Part shown: positions 44,079 to 55,922 of the stretch, in pieces
How positions within the stretch are numbered: the stretch's first letter is position 1
Layout: each line of letters opens with the position of its first letter
Virus record (IMG/VR): IMGVR_UViG_3300007511_001080
Location: 2,264-66,263 of that record
Strand: one strand, 5' to 3'
DNA: 64,000 nucleotides
Source: a virus
Program-made: the position numbers and the translations under genes
The notes under the pieces: generated by a model
The model's input: the letters and a program-made list of their open reading frames with translations, nothing else
The model's database searches: none
Told to the model about the DNA's origin: nothing

Positions 44079-46576
44079 TATTTTGACTTGGAAACGAGTT
44101 TCTTGAGTTCGTTAATTTCGTTTTGTTGTTCTTTCATACCTTCTATGAGAAGAGCAACCATTTTAGAATATTGTAAACTTGTAGGGCTATCATCGTTGAA
44201 TTGTACTACTTCTGGTATAACTTTTACCACATCGTCAGCAATAAGTCCTATCTGTTTACCTTGTTTCCTATCTTTCCACTCAAAATTGACACCTTGAAGT
44301 GCCATAATCTTGTCAAGAGAATTACTCATTGGTATAATGTTTGTCTTGAGTTCTCTTGCAGATGATTCTGTGAGTCCAGTTGTAGTAATACCTGCATCAT
44401 TGATTGTAAGTTGTGCAGTGGCTTCATCAACTGAAAAGGTCATCTGTCCATGATTTGCAGTTCCACTTGCAGTTTTTGATGTGAAAGAAACACTTTCTGC
44501 CGTTTTGTTACTTGCTCCATTTAAAACTGAAATAACAAGAGCTTCTGTTGCACTTGTTCCTATTGATAGAGATGCATCTGCATTATTTGAATCATGAAAA
44601 ATTGTTGGGTCTTGTAAGAAATTAACTACCTGACTTGTATTGATTGTTATCGAGGCAGTCGTTGCATGTGCAGTTCCTGTTCCAATCTCAAATAAATCTG
44701 AACTATCGTCAATACCCATTCTAATATCGGTTGCATTTCCATCAAACACAATCATAGTATCTTCTGCCTGACCATTACCTATTTTTAATTGTTGCCCGAT
44801 ATGAGTATTTGCATATCCAGTTGCAGCTGGTGTATATACTTCTCCTGGGCTTGAAAGAGTTCCGTCTTTTGCAAAGATAAATTCATTCGCGGAAATATCC
44901 CATCCCATGAATCCAACTTTTGCAGATCCAGTATAATATTTTAATTCTAAACCTCTGTCTTTAGTGGAAGAACCAGATTCAGCAGCAGTTCCACCTGAAC
45001 CACCACCTAAAGACATTATTGGGTCAACTACATTTACAGTTGTACTATCTACAGTTGTGGTAGTACCAGATACAGTCAATGTACCAGTTACGGCCATATT
45101 ACCACCGATGGTTACACCCTGAGTTGAATTTGCAGTAAGGAAAGCAGTTAGAGAAGATGCACCTCTATTTGCTAATTCTACTTTTGTTTTATCATCGTCT
45201 GCTGAACCTTCCTTTTTGACATCAACCTGAAACATAGTAACTGCATCATCTGATTCTACTTGTATTCTTGACCTTTTTGCATCTGCAGAAGTGGAAGTAT
45301 CTGTAGATTTAACTCTCACAATTGGTGCACTATCGTGTACATCTAATTGATACCCAGAAGTTACTGTAGTTGTACCGATTGTGAGATGGGAATCAGTTGT
45401 ACTTGTGAGACTTACATTTCCAGTAAAATCAACTTGTGGACTATTTACATTTGCAGTTGTAGAGGCAGTTACATTAACTGTGGGTGCAATAAGTTCTACT
45501 TTTGTATCTGAATTAATTTGTGCAAGAGTATCAGAGTTGATTGTAAGAGTATCATCAGATTCTATAGTAATTGATGTAGTGTCGCCTTGAATATACTGAT
45601 TTGTATCTTGCCAGTAAATCTTTTCACCAGATGCCAGTTCACCTGAAGCAGTTCCACCACCAGCAATACCCAAAACACTTAATTCAGTTGGGTCTTCATC
45701 AAAAGTTGTAACATCGTTTTTTGTGATTCTCATCCTACCAATGAGTCTTACCGCAACTGATGTTCTTGCAGAGGTAGAATATAGAGTAGATGCTGAATCT
45801 GCAGTTCCATCTATTGCTGTAGAAGTATGTAGAACACTTTCATCTAATCTTTGTCCATTGGTAGCCCCAAGTTCTACTGTTCCTCCATTATTAAGTGCAT
45901 AAATGTAGACTGTAGCTTCTATATTATTTGTCATTCCAAGAGTTGCACCAGAAGTAAGTGCAAGAGTTGTTGCAGCTACAGCTTTACCTGTCTCTGCTTG
46001 ACCCAATTTGAGTGAAGCAGCTGCAGTTCCACTCTTGACTCTAAACTCAAATTGAACAGCACCTGTTGCAGTTGGTGTACTTCCGTTCTTATCTAAAAGT
46101 GTGAGAGTCATTGCTCCCGAACCCTGAGATTGTGTTAATCTGTAATTTGAAGCATTTACGGAAGGGTCTGTAGAGGATGCGTCGGAAGCTACTACATCTA
46201 CCTGTCTTAATTGGTCAATTGCATTAGCTATGAAAAGAGCATTAAATCCATTTGCATAGTTATTACCTTGAACTACATTATAACTAGTTCCACCATAAGA
46301 ACCAGAAGACCCAGTTGTATATGGAGTTTCAGCAGCATCTTGATGACCAAAAAATATTTCTTCAATTAAATCACCTGCAGCAGTATTTGTTCCAGATTTT
46401 GAATTAATATATGTTACATTGTCACTTATAATTTTGTAAGCTTTAGAATAAGCATTTAACTCTTGTCCCTTTGCAGATGCTCCTGCATTTGCAGCTGCAC
46501 CTGGCGATAAAGTAGACCCTGTAATGTTATTCGCTATGGTATGTAAAATATCATTTGCATTAATTGTTGCGCCCAT
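44078..46576 (-). CDS. Fibre/spike protein with C-terminal intramolecular chaperone (peptidase S74-like)
   Basis: ESSARELKTNI...LQGVNFEWK...IGLIADDV..VIPEVV...LQYSKMVALLIEGMKEQ. Confidence 0.85.
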   Translation of the reverse strand: MGATINANDILHTIANNITGSTLSPGAAANAGASAKGQELNAYSKAYKIISDNVTYINSKSGTNTAAGDLIEEIFFGHQDAAETPYTTGSSGSYGGTSYNVVQGNNYANGFNALFIANAIDQLRQVDVVASDASSTDPSVNASNYRLTQSQGSGAMTLTLLDKNGSTPTATGAVQFEFRVKSGTAAASLKLGQAETGKAVAATTLALTSGATLGMTNNIEATVYIYALNNGGTVELGATNGQRLDESVLHTSTAIDGTADSASTLYSTSARTSVAVRLIGRMRITKNDVTTFDEDPTELSVLGIAGGGTASGELASGEKIYWQDTNQYIQGDTTSITIESDDTLTINSDTLAQINSDTKVELIAPTVNVTASTTANVNSPQVDFTGNVSLTSTTDSHLTIGTTTVTSGYQLDVHDSAPIVRVKSTDTSTSADAKRSRIQVESDDAVTMFQVDVKKEGSADDDKTKVELANRGASSLTAFLTANSTQGVTIGGNMAVTGTLTVSGTTTTVDSTTVNVVDPIMSLGGGSGGTAAESGSSTKDRGLELKYYTGSAKVGFMGWDISANEFIFAKDGTLSSPGEVYTPAATGYANTHIGQQLKIGNGQAEDTMIVFDGNATDIRMGIDDSSDLFEIGTGTAHATTASITINTSQVVNFLQDPTIFHDSNNADASLSIGTSATEALVISVLNGASNKTAESVSFTSKTASGTANHGQMTFSVDEATAQLTINDAGITTTGLTESSARELKTNIIPMSNSLDKIMALQGVNFEWKDRKQGKQIGLIADDVVKVIPEVVQFNDDSPTSLQYSKMVALLIEGMKEQQNEINELKKLVSKSK

Positions 46577-46587
46577 TCTTTATTCCT

Positions 46588-47253
46588 TTAAGATGCGTCT
46601 ACTTCAACTAAACCAAGAGTTCTTAGAGCCCTCTGAAGTGTATCTGTTCCACCACCACTACCTGTAATTCCCAAATTATCGGGAGACACTTTTTTAAAAA
46701 CAGCGCCATCATCGTCATAAATTAGTAACATATCATCTGTGGTATCAACGGCACCAGAACTAAGAGCAGATAATCCAGTAACAGCTCCTGTTTGTAACAA
46801 TGCTGCTCCAGTTGATGTTACAACTGCAGTACCACCAATCTGATATGTGTCACCACTTTCCAGATTTAAACCACTCGTTCCAAATGTGGCACCAAGTGTA
46901 CCAGAATACTTGATTTCTACTGTGTCATCCTCAGCATCAAGTATAATACCAGCACCATTTGTACCATCCGTCAAAATAGTTAGGTCACCAGTATTATTCT
47001 CAATAAAACTATGACTACCATTGTGATACATACCCAAATCATCACCAGCACCTACATTGATAGAACTTGTTGCATTTATATCAGTCCCATCAGCACCAGT
47101 TTTAAATATAGAAGATTGTAGGGTTGCTGTACCTTTTGTAAATGTAAATGAAGATACTGCATTAATATCATTGTTGTCATTAAACATAACATGAGTATCA
47201 TCACCTGCCGCGAAGACCTCATATTTTCCACTAGTTGCTACAAATCCTGACAT
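46588..47253 (-). CDS. Fibre-associated structural protein
   Basis: GDDLGMYHNGSHSFI beta repeat; Thr/Gly-rich. Confidence 0.65.
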   Translation of the reverse strand: MSGFVATSGKYEVFAAGDDTHVMFNDNNDINAVSSFTFTKGTATLQSSIFKTGADGTDINATSSINVGAGDDLGMYHNGSHSFIENNTGDLTILTDGTNGAGIILDAEDDTVEIKYSGTLGATFGTSGLNLESGDTYQIGGTAVVTSTGAALLQTGAVTGLSALSSGAVDTTDDMLLIYDDDGAVFKKVSPDNLGITGSGGGTDTLQRALRTLGLVEVDAS

Positions 47254-47254
47254 A

Positions 47255-47563
47255 TTAAATCGTTGTGTATGTACCTGTTACTGTTATCTTACTAGCCACT
47301 GAAGCCAGACCCTTTATGAAGTCTGCAGCAGCTAGAATTATTCTTTCGTTATTCATCACAAATGTATCTTTAGAAGCTATAGATATATCTTTCCAAATAG
47401 CATTCGTATCATCTGGTGTACCCGAACCATTTATCAAATACAACGTAACTGTAACTGCAGCAGAATGAGTGTTACAAAGAAATAAAGTTGTAACAGCCGA
47501 ATCTGCAGTTGGGTCAAATACTGTAGTAGCACTTGTACCAAGTTGTGTCTGAAATAGTGCCAT
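47255..47563 (-). CDS. Small virion structural protein
   Basis: TTLFLCNT...VTVTLY...ERIILAAADFI beta-sandwich-like pattern. Confidence 0.65.
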   Translation of the reverse strand: MALFQTQLGTSATTVFDPTADSAVTTLFLCNTHSAAVTVTLYLINGSGTPDDTNAIWKDISIASKDTFVMNNERIILAAADFIKGLASVASKITVTGTYTTI

Positions 47564-47570
47564 TATTCTC

Positions 47571-47780
47571 CTAGAATATTAATCCAAAAGTTATGGCTTT
47601 CTTCTTGGATACCAATTCATCTACATTATTAGAATCTGTTTGATTCTTAAAAAATACACCCGTGCCCCCACTACCTGTAGTCTTTTTAAATAATACTACT
47701 TCATCTGTCTCTGCATCTGGATTACTACCTTGATTATCCAATGCAACACCCACCCTTGTTCTTAAAGGTTTACTTGCCAT
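47571..47780 (-). CDS. Small virion structural protein
   Basis: GSGGTGVFF...DELVSKKKAITFGLIF. Confidence 0.6.
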   Translation of the reverse strand: MASKPLRTRVGVALDNQGSNPDAETDEVVLFKKTTGSGGTGVFFKNQTDSNNVDELVSKKKAITFGLIF

Positions 47781-47800
47781 ATCTTACTCCATTATAAAGA

Positions 47801-50524
47801 TTAACTATCGCCTGGAATCTCAACCAAGTGTGCAACACCTGCATAGGTCATTGCATCTGTTCCAGAGGGATTTTGAATTTTGAAATGAACGTGTTTGTCA
47901 CCATTACTTGTCAAACTAGTTCCATCTGCATCACCCATAGATGTTGTTAAAGTCTCTCCTAATTCTGTTCCCAAAGTGGCAAATTCTGTAATAAAAATAT
48001 TTGTCCCATTTGTATCTGGATCTCCTGTATGATGAATCATAATTTTCTTAGTCTCAACATCTGTTCCTTTTTTGAGAGTAAGCACTATCTCTCCACCTTG
48101 ATAGTTTGTTGCACCAGTTGGACTTGCTGTTCCATCTTTTGCCTTAAATGTAAAAACCACTTCAGTTGCACTTGTTCCGATTGTTCCAGAAAATGTTTGA
48201 GTTGAAGCGACTGCAACTGAACTATTTGTTGCACCATAAAGTACTGTGTTATTAGAAAATGCAACTGAACCACCTGCACCAATTCGGATTGCATCCGTAT
48301 CGGTAGTTCCAATTACCGATTCATCCGTAATTACAATAGAACCACCAGTAAGGACACCAGTTGTTGAGATAGCAGACGAACCAGTATCAATTGTTCCAAA
48401 ATTAGATGTGATAGAACCGGCATCAAGAGCACCAGTTGTAACGATATTTGTACCACCGACTGTAATACTATCAAAATATGTTGAGAGGGTATCAACATTT
48501 GTCATTCTCATGGTTCCTGCATCATTAATCAGAACACCATCACCAGATGCAACAGCAGTTGTTCCTCTTGCAGTTCCTCCGTCTATCAAATTAATTTCTG
48601 CAGCCGTTGCAGTTACTGCTGTACTACCAAGTGTAAGTTGTCCATCTGGAACTATCAATCCTGCTGCACCATTAAGAATCAAATCATCAGCAGAGGCATC
48701 CCATGTCATATTTGCACTTGCAGTTTCTCCGTAAAGAATTACATCAAAACCAGCATCGTTTGCACCGACTGTTACAGTTCCGTCAATAGTTAATGCACCA
48801 CTTGTAAGTGTCATCAAATCGGTATCACTTGTATGTCCGATTGTTGTTGAGTTGATTATAACATTATCTACTGTGAGTGTGGTTAGTGTACCAAGAGATG
48901 TAACATTTGGTTGTACTGCTGTTTGGAGTGTACCAGTAAGGTCACCATTGATATTACCAGTTACGTTACCAGTTAAATCACCTTCAAAAGTACCAGCAAC
49001 AACTGTGGCTGCTGTATATCCTGTTGCACCAGTATTAACTGTTGTGTCAGGTTCAGTTTGTGAATCTTTGAAAAATTTAAATTTACCATCATTTGCATCT
49101 CTAAAAAGACCTGCATATAAATCTAGTGAACCAGAAGTATCATAAGTTCCAAAGAATCCAATGTCAACCGCATCTGACCCTGTGTTATTTTGAGCTAAAA
49201 ATATTAATGGGTCATTAACTTCAATAGTTGTTGAACTTACTGTAGTTGTTGTACCAGAAACAACAAGGTCACCACTAACAGTTAATGCACCTGCAGAACT
49301 AAGAGACATAACTTCTGATGCAGTACCAGAAGAACCCAACATAAAACTCATTTTTGCTGCATTGTTAGTTGCGGAAAAATCACCTTCTGAAATAACTCTT
49401 ATTGCTCCAGCAGTAGTTATGGCATCAGTTCCAGTACCCTCATCTGGGGCAACAAAATCAATAGCACCAATAACATCATTTACTGCAATATCTGTGTCAC
49501 CAGTAGCAAGAGTAAAAGTTGGAAATTTGTCATCCGCTGTTGCAGCATGTTTTAAAGTAAGACCTTTATCTGCATCGTGTGTAAGTGTAATCTCTTGGTC
49601 AGAACCAAATTTGATTATCGAACTATCGGCCAAGAATATGTCGTTGAATTCTTTTGTTGCACTTCCAAGATTAATCGTTCCAGATGCATTCGGAAGAATA
49701 TCTGCACTAAAATCAGCAGGATTTGCTCCAATATAATCTGCAATATTTGTTGCAGGTATCTGTTTTGTTGTTGTTCCATCAATGATAAGAAAAGCATCAG
49801 CGTCTGCAATAGTGATTGATGAAGTAGACTTCGCAGAACCATCTAATAAATTTAATTCTGCAGCGGTAGAGTCAACAGCAGCAAGTTTTGTGAAGTCTGC
49901 CTGAACAAGACCAGATACATTATCTAAAAGATTAAGTTCAGCGGGTGTAGAAGTAATATCTACTCCACCGACCTGAAGTTTTGTAGCATTCACTTCACCA
50001 GCAGAACCATAAATGACTGCTTTGGAATTGACAACTGTACCTGCAGAAGAACCATCAACAAGATTGATTTCGGCAGCAGTAGAGGAAACTGCTGTTCCAC
50101 CAATCTGTACTGATGTTGCATTAATTGTGGCAACCTGAAGTTTACCTGTTCCATCTGATGCCAAAATTGCTGCTGTACCATCAGTTACATCAGAAGATGA
50201 TGTGATAGCATGAGCGTGAGTTGTTGCACCGACTGTATCAGTTGTACTAACTGTGAGAGTTGTAGGTGCTCCCATTGTGACAGTAACAGTTGAAGCTGTT
50301 CCACCACCAGTAAGACCATTTCCAGCTGTAACTGTTTCAACTACACCAGCACCAATATCACTTTTGATTTGGGCCTCGGTACGAGTTCCCATTTGACCAG
50401 TACCATCTGTGATGAGTATTTGTCCAGCGGCTGTCGGTGTTAGTTCCCCAGACAGTTCACTCATTAATATACTGGCCGTATTTACAGTAAGACCATTTTT
50501 TGCTACAAATGCTTTATTAGCCAT
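47801..50524 (-). CDS. Long fibre protein
   Basis: FVAKNGL start, repeated STAAELNLLDG units, VSGTTTTVSST motif. Confidence 0.75.
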   Translation of the reverse strand: MANKAFVAKNGLTVNTASILMSELSGELTPTAAGQILITDGTGQMGTRTEAQIKSDIGAGVVETVTAGNGLTGGGTASTVTVTMGAPTTLTVSTTDTVGATTHAHAITSSSDVTDGTAAILASDGTGKLQVATINATSVQIGGTAVSSTAAEINLVDGSSAGTVVNSKAVIYGSAGEVNATKLQVGGVDITSTPAELNLLDNVSGLVQADFTKLAAVDSTAAELNLLDGSAKSTSSITIADADAFLIIDGTTTKQIPATNIADYIGANPADFSADILPNASGTINLGSATKEFNDIFLADSSIIKFGSDQEITLTHDADKGLTLKHAATADDKFPTFTLATGDTDIAVNDVIGAIDFVAPDEGTGTDAITTAGAIRVISEGDFSATNNAAKMSFMLGSSGTASEVMSLSSAGALTVSGDLVVSGTTTTVSSTTIEVNDPLIFLAQNNTGSDAVDIGFFGTYDTSGSLDLYAGLFRDANDGKFKFFKDSQTEPDTTVNTGATGYTAATVVAGTFEGDLTGNVTGNINGDLTGTLQTAVQPNVTSLGTLTTLTVDNVIINSTTIGHTSDTDLMTLTSGALTIDGTVTVGANDAGFDVILYGETASANMTWDASADDLILNGAAGLIVPDGQLTLGSTAVTATAAEINLIDGGTARGTTAVASGDGVLINDAGTMRMTNVDTLSTYFDSITVGGTNIVTTGALDAGSITSNFGTIDTGSSAISTTGVLTGGSIVITDESVIGTTDTDAIRIGAGGSVAFSNNTVLYGATNSSVAVASTQTFSGTIGTSATEVVFTFKAKDGTASPTGATNYQGGEIVLTLKKGTDVETKKIMIHHTGDPDTNGTNIFITEFATLGTELGETLTTSMGDADGTSLTSNGDKHVHFKIQNPSGTDAMTYAGVAHLVEIPGDS

Positions 50525-50536
50525 TGTTCATTTCCT

Positions 50537-53530
50537 CTAAACTATAGTTGTCATACGAGTGACTTTAATTGTTTGATTATTGGAGTTAGTAGTTACTAAT
50601 AATCTACAGTTACCCCCTGCCACATCTGCATCAAAAGCTGGGTCTGGTACAGTGCCAGAACCGACAGTCACATCTCCGAATTGTGTGAGAGAGGCTGCCG
50701 TTCCATTATGTACCACTAATGCCTCAGTTGTTGCAAATGTTGTATCATCTGTATCACTCACTGAAATAATATATTTTGCGGCTCTGAAAGTAGAAGTTGA
50801 AAAATTGTCAACCGCCGTTGTTCCTGCTGTCGCAACAGTAAAAGTAGATGAAACCACTGTCATTATGGAATTTACTGTTACAGAAGTAATTCCACTTGCT
50901 GCACCTGTTAGATTACTTGCGGTTGTATAATGTGACCCCTGTTGTCCGTCAAGTAAATCCGCATCTATATTAGACCCAGCACCATCTACAGTAACTAATA
51001 AATTTTTGACCTGAGTTGCGGTAATAGAACCTTCACCTGTGACAGTTCCTGCAATCCATTTTTGAGTACTACTATCATAGATAAGTGCTTGACCATCACT
51101 TGGACTATCTATGTTTACACTACCAAAATCACCAAGGTCTGTATTATTTATTACGTTTGTAATCTTGGAACCAATTGACTGTTGAGTTGCTAAAGCAGTA
51201 TTACTATTAGAAACAAAATCATCTTCATCAAGAATTTCTGTAACTTGTATTGAATTTTCAAATGTAATAAGTTGATTTCCAGTATTATCTTCCATAATAA
51301 TACGATCGCCACTATTATCTTCATTTGTGATAGACATTGGTTCAAGTCTTAAACCATTCACATCAATTAGAAGTTTTTCACTTCCATCTGCATGAACTTT
51401 TACAGAACCATTTATTCCTGTATCTGTGACTTGTACATTTGAATTATTAGCAGTAATAGCACCAGCTTGGACACCCGCAACAGAAGTGTCTACATATGCT
51501 TTAATAGATTGTTGAGTTGCCAGACCTACAGCACTATCAGAATTCATATTATCTTCATCGAGAATTCTGTCTACTCTAGCATTTGAACCTCCAAGTCTCA
51601 TTCCCGAATCTGTAACATCTACTTCTAAATTTCCATCTGTATAGATATTAACTGTTCCATCTGTACCAGTATCTACAACGTGAACATTTGAATTATTTAC
51701 AGCAATACTACTTGAAGAAATCCCTGCAACTGAAGTGTCTACATAAGTTTTTGTAGATTGTTGACTTGGTGGCCTCGTTGCAGAATTTGAAGACATATCA
51801 TCTTCATCTATCAAACTCAAAGATTGAGAATCAACATAAGCTTTAACTGATTGTTGAGTTGGAACTTTTGTTGCTGAATCAGATGACATATTATCTTCAT
51901 CAACTACAAATCCCATACCAGAAATACTTGAATCACTAACCATTACTGCACCAGCAGCATCCACATTTGTAGCATCTGTTACATCTGCACCAGCCTCAAT
52001 ACCATTTAATTTTGTATGATCAGCATCTGTAAATACGTTTGAGTCACTTGCTGATTCTACTAATGTTCTTATTTCTGCTGCAGTTTGGTCTGCAGTAGCA
52101 CTTGCTTCTATACCATCAAGTTTTGAATGATCAGCATCTGTGAATACATTAGAGTCACTTGCTGATTCTACTAATGTTCTTATCTCTGATGCAGTTTGAT
52201 CTGCAGTAGCACTTGCTTCTATACCATCAAGTTTTGAATGGTCTGCGTCAGTAAAAACATTAGAGTCACTAGCAGAACCAACTAATGTTCTTATCTCTGA
52301 TGCAGTTTGGTCTGCAGTAGCACCAGTCTCAATACCATCTAATTTTGTACCATCTGTTGCAATATCTCTTCCATCAACTGTTCCACCAACTGTAACATTA
52401 TTTGTGACATCTAAAGACTGTGTATAAGTACCTCTCCAAGACTTTGTGGTTGAACCAAGGTCATAAGTATTATCAACATCTGGAAGAATATGAGAAACAA
52501 CATCAGCTCCAAATGTTACAGTATCCGTATCAGCATCACCAAGAATTATATTTCCATTTGCTGTAATATTTCCAGTTGCTACAATATTTCCTGCAACACT
52601 TAAATTTGATGAAACAATAAGTCCATTGGTTCCACCAGAATTTCCTGTCAAATTTCCTGACAAACCAAGACCTACTAAATTTACAGCTCCATCAACAGTT
52701 AAATCACCACCAACCCCTAAATTTTCAGTAATATCTAATTCTTTGAAAGAAGCCGAACCTTCTACAGCAAGAGTATCTTGTCCTGTAATTGTGAGAGAAT
52801 GCATTCTAACTGTTGCATTTGGGTCAATTCCAATACTTAAAGTATGGTCTGTATCACTAGTATATAAAGCTATACCATTATTTGGAGTTAATGATTTAAA
52901 TCTTAATGTATCTTGTCCATCTATCGTTACTTTATCTTTAAAAAATGTAACACCTTCAAGGTCAAATGTTCTTGTTGAAAACATATCAGATTCTTGTAAT
53001 AATAAATCTCCATCCTCTAAAAGTAATTCATCATATTCAGTAATGACTCCAATTTCGTCACCACCACCGCCACCACCATCATATTCACCCCAACCTCTAG
53101 CAGCTTTACCACCAGCACCAAAATTAAGATTTGATATTCTATTATTGATTTTAGTAAGTTCATCATCAACATATTCCATATCCGCATCTTGACCAGGCAT
53201 ACCCATCGGCCCCAGCGGTCCTTGTTGTCCTTTTGGCCCTTTCGGTCCTTGAGGACCAGTTTCCCCCTGAACACCCTGAATTCCACGAATACCTTGTGGG
53301 CCTTGTGGCCCTATTTCGCCAGGAAACCCTCTATCCCCCTTATCACCTTTTAATCCTTTTGGTCCTCGTTCACCCTTAACTGGTAAAACAACAGCACCTT
53401 CTTCTGTGATAGTGGTTTGAAGTTCTTCTTTAAGTTTTTTGACTTCTTTTTGAGTAAATTTTAAACTAGCGGCAAGAACTTTAGCAGTATCTAAATGTAC
53501 TTTCTCAAAATCAATTTGGTTTGATTCCAT
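50537..53530 (-). CDS. Collagen-like repeat fibre protein
   Basis: About 20 Gly-X-Y triplets, 37-aa tandem repeats, four DEDxxxSxS..TQQS units, C-terminal FRAAKYII domain. Confidence 0.8.
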   Translation of the reverse strand: MESNQIDFEKVHLDTAKVLAASLKFTQKEVKKLKEELQTTITEEGAVVLPVKGERGPKGLKGDKGDRGFPGEIGPQGPQGIRGIQGVQGETGPQGPKGPKGQQGPLGPMGMPGQDADMEYVDDELTKINNRISNLNFGAGGKAARGWGEYDGGGGGGDEIGVITEYDELLLEDGDLLLQESDMFSTRTFDLEGVTFFKDKVTIDGQDTLRFKSLTPNNGIALYTSDTDHTLSIGIDPNATVRMHSLTITGQDTLAVEGSASFKELDITENLGVGGDLTVDGAVNLVGLGLSGNLTGNSGGTNGLIVSSNLSVAGNIVATGNITANGNIILGDADTDTVTFGADVVSHILPDVDNTYDLGSTTKSWRGTYTQSLDVTNNVTVGGTVDGRDIATDGTKLDGIETGATADQTASEIRTLVGSASDSNVFTDADHSKLDGIEASATADQTASEIRTLVESASDSNVFTDADHSKLDGIEASATADQTAAEIRTLVESASDSNVFTDADHTKLNGIEAGADVTDATNVDAAGAVMVSDSSISGMGFVVDEDNMSSDSATKVPTQQSVKAYVDSQSLSLIDEDDMSSNSATRPPSQQSTKTYVDTSVAGISSSSIAVNNSNVHVVDTGTDGTVNIYTDGNLEVDVTDSGMRLGGSNARVDRILDEDNMNSDSAVGLATQQSIKAYVDTSVAGVQAGAITANNSNVQVTDTGINGSVKVHADGSEKLLIDVNGLRLEPMSITNEDNSGDRIIMEDNTGNQLITFENSIQVTEILDEDDFVSNSNTALATQQSIGSKITNVINNTDLGDFGSVNIDSPSDGQALIYDSSTQKWIAGTVTGEGSITATQVKNLLVTVDGAGSNIDADLLDGQQGSHYTTASNLTGAASGITSVTVNSIMTVVSSTFTVATAGTTAVDNFSTSTFRAAKYIISVSDTDDTTFATTEALVVHNGTAASLTQFGDVTVGSGTVPDPAFDADVAGGNCRLLVTTNSNNQTIKVTRMTTIV
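52000..52350 (-). repeat. Three tandem 111-bp repeats (37 aa) in the collagen fibre gene
   Basis: CTGCAGTAGCAC recurs at 52090, 52201 and 52312; unit [37 protein letters not shown]. Confidence 0.9.
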
Positions 53531-55187
53531 TAGAATCCTCTTCTAAAACTGATTTGAAAATATCATTGATATTCATTTTCAACTCTTCATCCTTTTCTTT
53601 ATCTATAATTTTTTCTTCTACGATTTTGTCAAGTTCTTCATTGAGGTTTTGACCTTCTTTTGGAACAAAAGATTGATATTCATCTTCTGGTTCTCCACCA
53701 CCACCTTCTTGTTCAATCTCTCTATCCATCTGGTCAATTTCTTCTTGAGTCTGTTTCAGAATCCTCTTTCTGATATAATCTTTAGAGTAGAAGTTTCCGA
53801 CAATCTCATCTGCAAAATTCATACTCTGTAACAGATTGAGTCTTTCTTGTAACATCTCTGCTTCTTTGAGTTCTGCAAAATGAGAATCGGTTTGCCATTC
53901 GTAATGAACATTTTTAGAAATATTTCTCCAATCGTTAAGAGTAAGGATACCCTTTAGAATGAGTTGTTTTTCTAAACAAGTGTGGAAAAGATTATTGAAT
54001 CTACCTCTGAGTCTTTCTACGAATCTTGAGAATTTTACCTCATCTCTGGAAATTTCTTGTGCTCTACCAAGAGTAAATCCACTCTCTTGTTCAAGTCTTG
54101 AGGAAGGTACGTTCAAGGCCTTGTACATTTTCTTTTGAAAGTATTCTATGTCAGCAAGTTCTCCAAGATTCTCACCGCCTGGTAGTGTGGTAATTTCTGT
54201 ACCTCTTCCACCTTCTCTTCTTGGTAACCAATAATCTTCTAACATTGATTGATGTCTGCGGTCATCCCTTACTTCACCAGAGTTTGCATCATATACCATC
54301 TTGTTTTTGTATCTTGTCATAATATCTCTAAGATACTGTTCTGCTTTCATCTTTGGTAGGTTTCCGACATCAATATAAAATATTCTTCTCTCTGGCGCTC
54401 TTGATATTCGGTATATGACTACAGCATCTTCAATCATTCTTAATTGATTGAGTGGTTTGATTGCTTTATGTAGATAACTGAGAACTAATTTTTTGTCTTC
54501 ACTCAATAAACCAGAGTGACAATATGCAATAGAATCTGGTGCTATTTTGATGTGATTTGCTGCACTTGATGAACCATACTTTGCATCAATACCTAACTCA
54601 TTGAACATAAAATATTCTTCAACTTTTGGCATTGTTGGAGAGTCATAACCTTCTTTTGGTGGGATTATTTGTCTTATCTTTTTAATCTTGAGAGCATCTA
54701 TGGGTCTGAGTTCTAATATACCACGTTTTGGATTTACTTGGTCAATGATTATATGATAGTATATTCTTCCATCAACGTACCATTTTTTGAATGTGTCATA
54801 TCCAGTTTCATTAAAATTGAGAAGATTAATCACCTCATGAAAATTTTCTAAAATCTTATCTTTAATATCGAGTGAAAGATTGACATTGGATAAATTGATG
54901 TTTACTGGATTCTGTTCTCTATCTGCTACAACAGCCTCATTGACTATATCATCGACAGCCAATTCAGACTCTGGGAATAGAGCCATTTGTCTATATTTTC
55001 GGATTAAATCAGATTCGTTTTTGGCAGCGCCGTCCATATCAAGGTAAGTGCCGTAAGCACCACCTGCAGGACCAGAAATATCAAGGGAACCATCTTCTAA
55101 GGAAGGAAGAGCAAAAGAAACTTTATCTTTTGCCTCTTGTTCTTTTTGTGTTCTTCCAATAGTAAAACCAAATAATTCAATAGCCAT
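53511..55187 (-). CDS. gp20: Portal protein gp20
   Basis: [63 protein letters not shown]. Confidence 0.98.
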   Translation of the reverse strand: MAIELFGFTIGRTQKEQEAKDKVSFALPSLEDGSLDISGPAGGAYGTYLDMDGAAKNESDLIRKYRQMALFPESELAVDDIVNEAVVADREQNPVNINLSNVNLSLDIKDKILENFHEVINLLNFNETGYDTFKKWYVDGRIYYHIIIDQVNPKRGILELRPIDALKIKKIRQIIPPKEGYDSPTMPKVEEYFMFNELGIDAKYGSSSAANHIKIAPDSIAYCHSGLLSEDKKLVLSYLHKAIKPLNQLRMIEDAVVIYRISRAPERRIFYIDVGNLPKMKAEQYLRDIMTRYKNKMVYDANSGEVRDDRRHQSMLEDYWLPRREGGRGTEITTLPGGENLGELADIEYFQKKMYKALNVPSSRLEQESGFTLGRAQEISRDEVKFSRFVERLRGRFNNLFHTCLEKQLILKGILTLNDWRNISKNVHYEWQTDSHFAELKEAEMLQERLNLLQSMNFADEIVGNFYSKDYIRKRILKQTQEEIDQMDREIEQEGGGGEPEDEYQSFVPKEGQNLNEELDKIVEEKIIDKEKDEELKMNINDIFKSVLEEDSNGIKPN

Positions 55188-55260
55188 TCATATACTCCTA
55201 GAGGATGAGGGGCCGAGAAGCCCCCATGCCCCTAGTTAATTGGAAACTTATATAATATAT

Positions 55261-55806
55261 TTATTTAGTAATTTGATCGTGTTGCCAATAATCGTATGCA
55301 AAATCAATAGTATATTCTTCAATTGTGTCATTAGACCCCCAATCAAGTCCAATTTCACCTAAAGCTACTGGAAATGCACTAAAAAACTTCCAAGGAGTTG
55401 AAGCAACATTACCATCTCTTGTAAAATGTGTAATAGTTATACCACCAAACAAAGCAACACTTCCAGCACCACCTGCTGCAGATTTATTTGCCAGATGATT
55501 ATTTATTTCAGCCATCCATTTTTCTATACCATTTCTAATTGCAAAATCTTCATCATTAATAACTGTCATTGAAAGATTGTCAAATGTTCTATTGCCTGGA
55601 ACTTTAACCATTCTACCATAATAAGGAACTTCAATAACACCTAATGTTGATGTTGGAATTGATGTAATCTTACATAAAAATGGAAATTGTGTTGTTGGTA
55701 GGCCTGCTTCTGCTGGTACACCAGTAAGTTGAACATTAAATAAATTTGGTCGGGCACCACTACTTACTATACCCTGACTTCTAAATTTTGAAATATCGAA
55801 AGCCAT
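55261..55806 (-). CDS. gp19: Tail tube protein gp19
   Basis: GARPNLF, YYGRMVKVPGNRTF, INDEDF, IEEYTIDFAYDYW. Confidence 0.93.
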   Translation of the reverse strand: MAFDISKFRSQGIVSSGARPNLFNVQLTGVPAEAGLPTTQFPFLCKITSIPTSTLGVIEVPYYGRMVKVPGNRTFDNLSMTVINDEDFAIRNGIEKWMAEINNHLANKSAAGGAGSVALFGGITITHFTRDGNVASTPWKFFSAFPVALGEIGLDWGSNDTIEEYTIDFAYDYWQHDQITK

Positions 55807-55835
55807 ATATTTTCTCCGAAAACAAGATTAAAAAT

Positions 55836-55898
55836 AAAGGTGGGGAAGCTTATTTTACAAGTACACCCTTCGGCTGTTTCCGTCTTCCCCCACCTTTG
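55836..55898 (-). other. Long hairpin between gp18 and gp19 (terminator, leader or small RNA)
   Basis: AAAGGTGGGGAAG...CTTCCCCCACCTTT; late promoter at 55911-55918 just upstream. Confidence 0.6.
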
Positions 55899-55910
55899 AT
55901 TAGTTATTAC

Positions 55911-55918
55911 TATTTATA
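55911..55918 (-). promoter_or_regulatory. T4 late promoter TATAAATA
   Basis: Exact motif. Confidence 0.7.
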
Positions 55919-55922
55919 TCAC

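Noticed and set aside
52000-52350. CRISPR-like array
   Set aside because: In-frame coding tandem repeats without unique spacers; no cas genes
44078-53530. Diversity-generating retroelement or invertible fibre system
   Set aside because: No reverse transcriptase, invertase or adenine-specific TR/VR pair seen in the window
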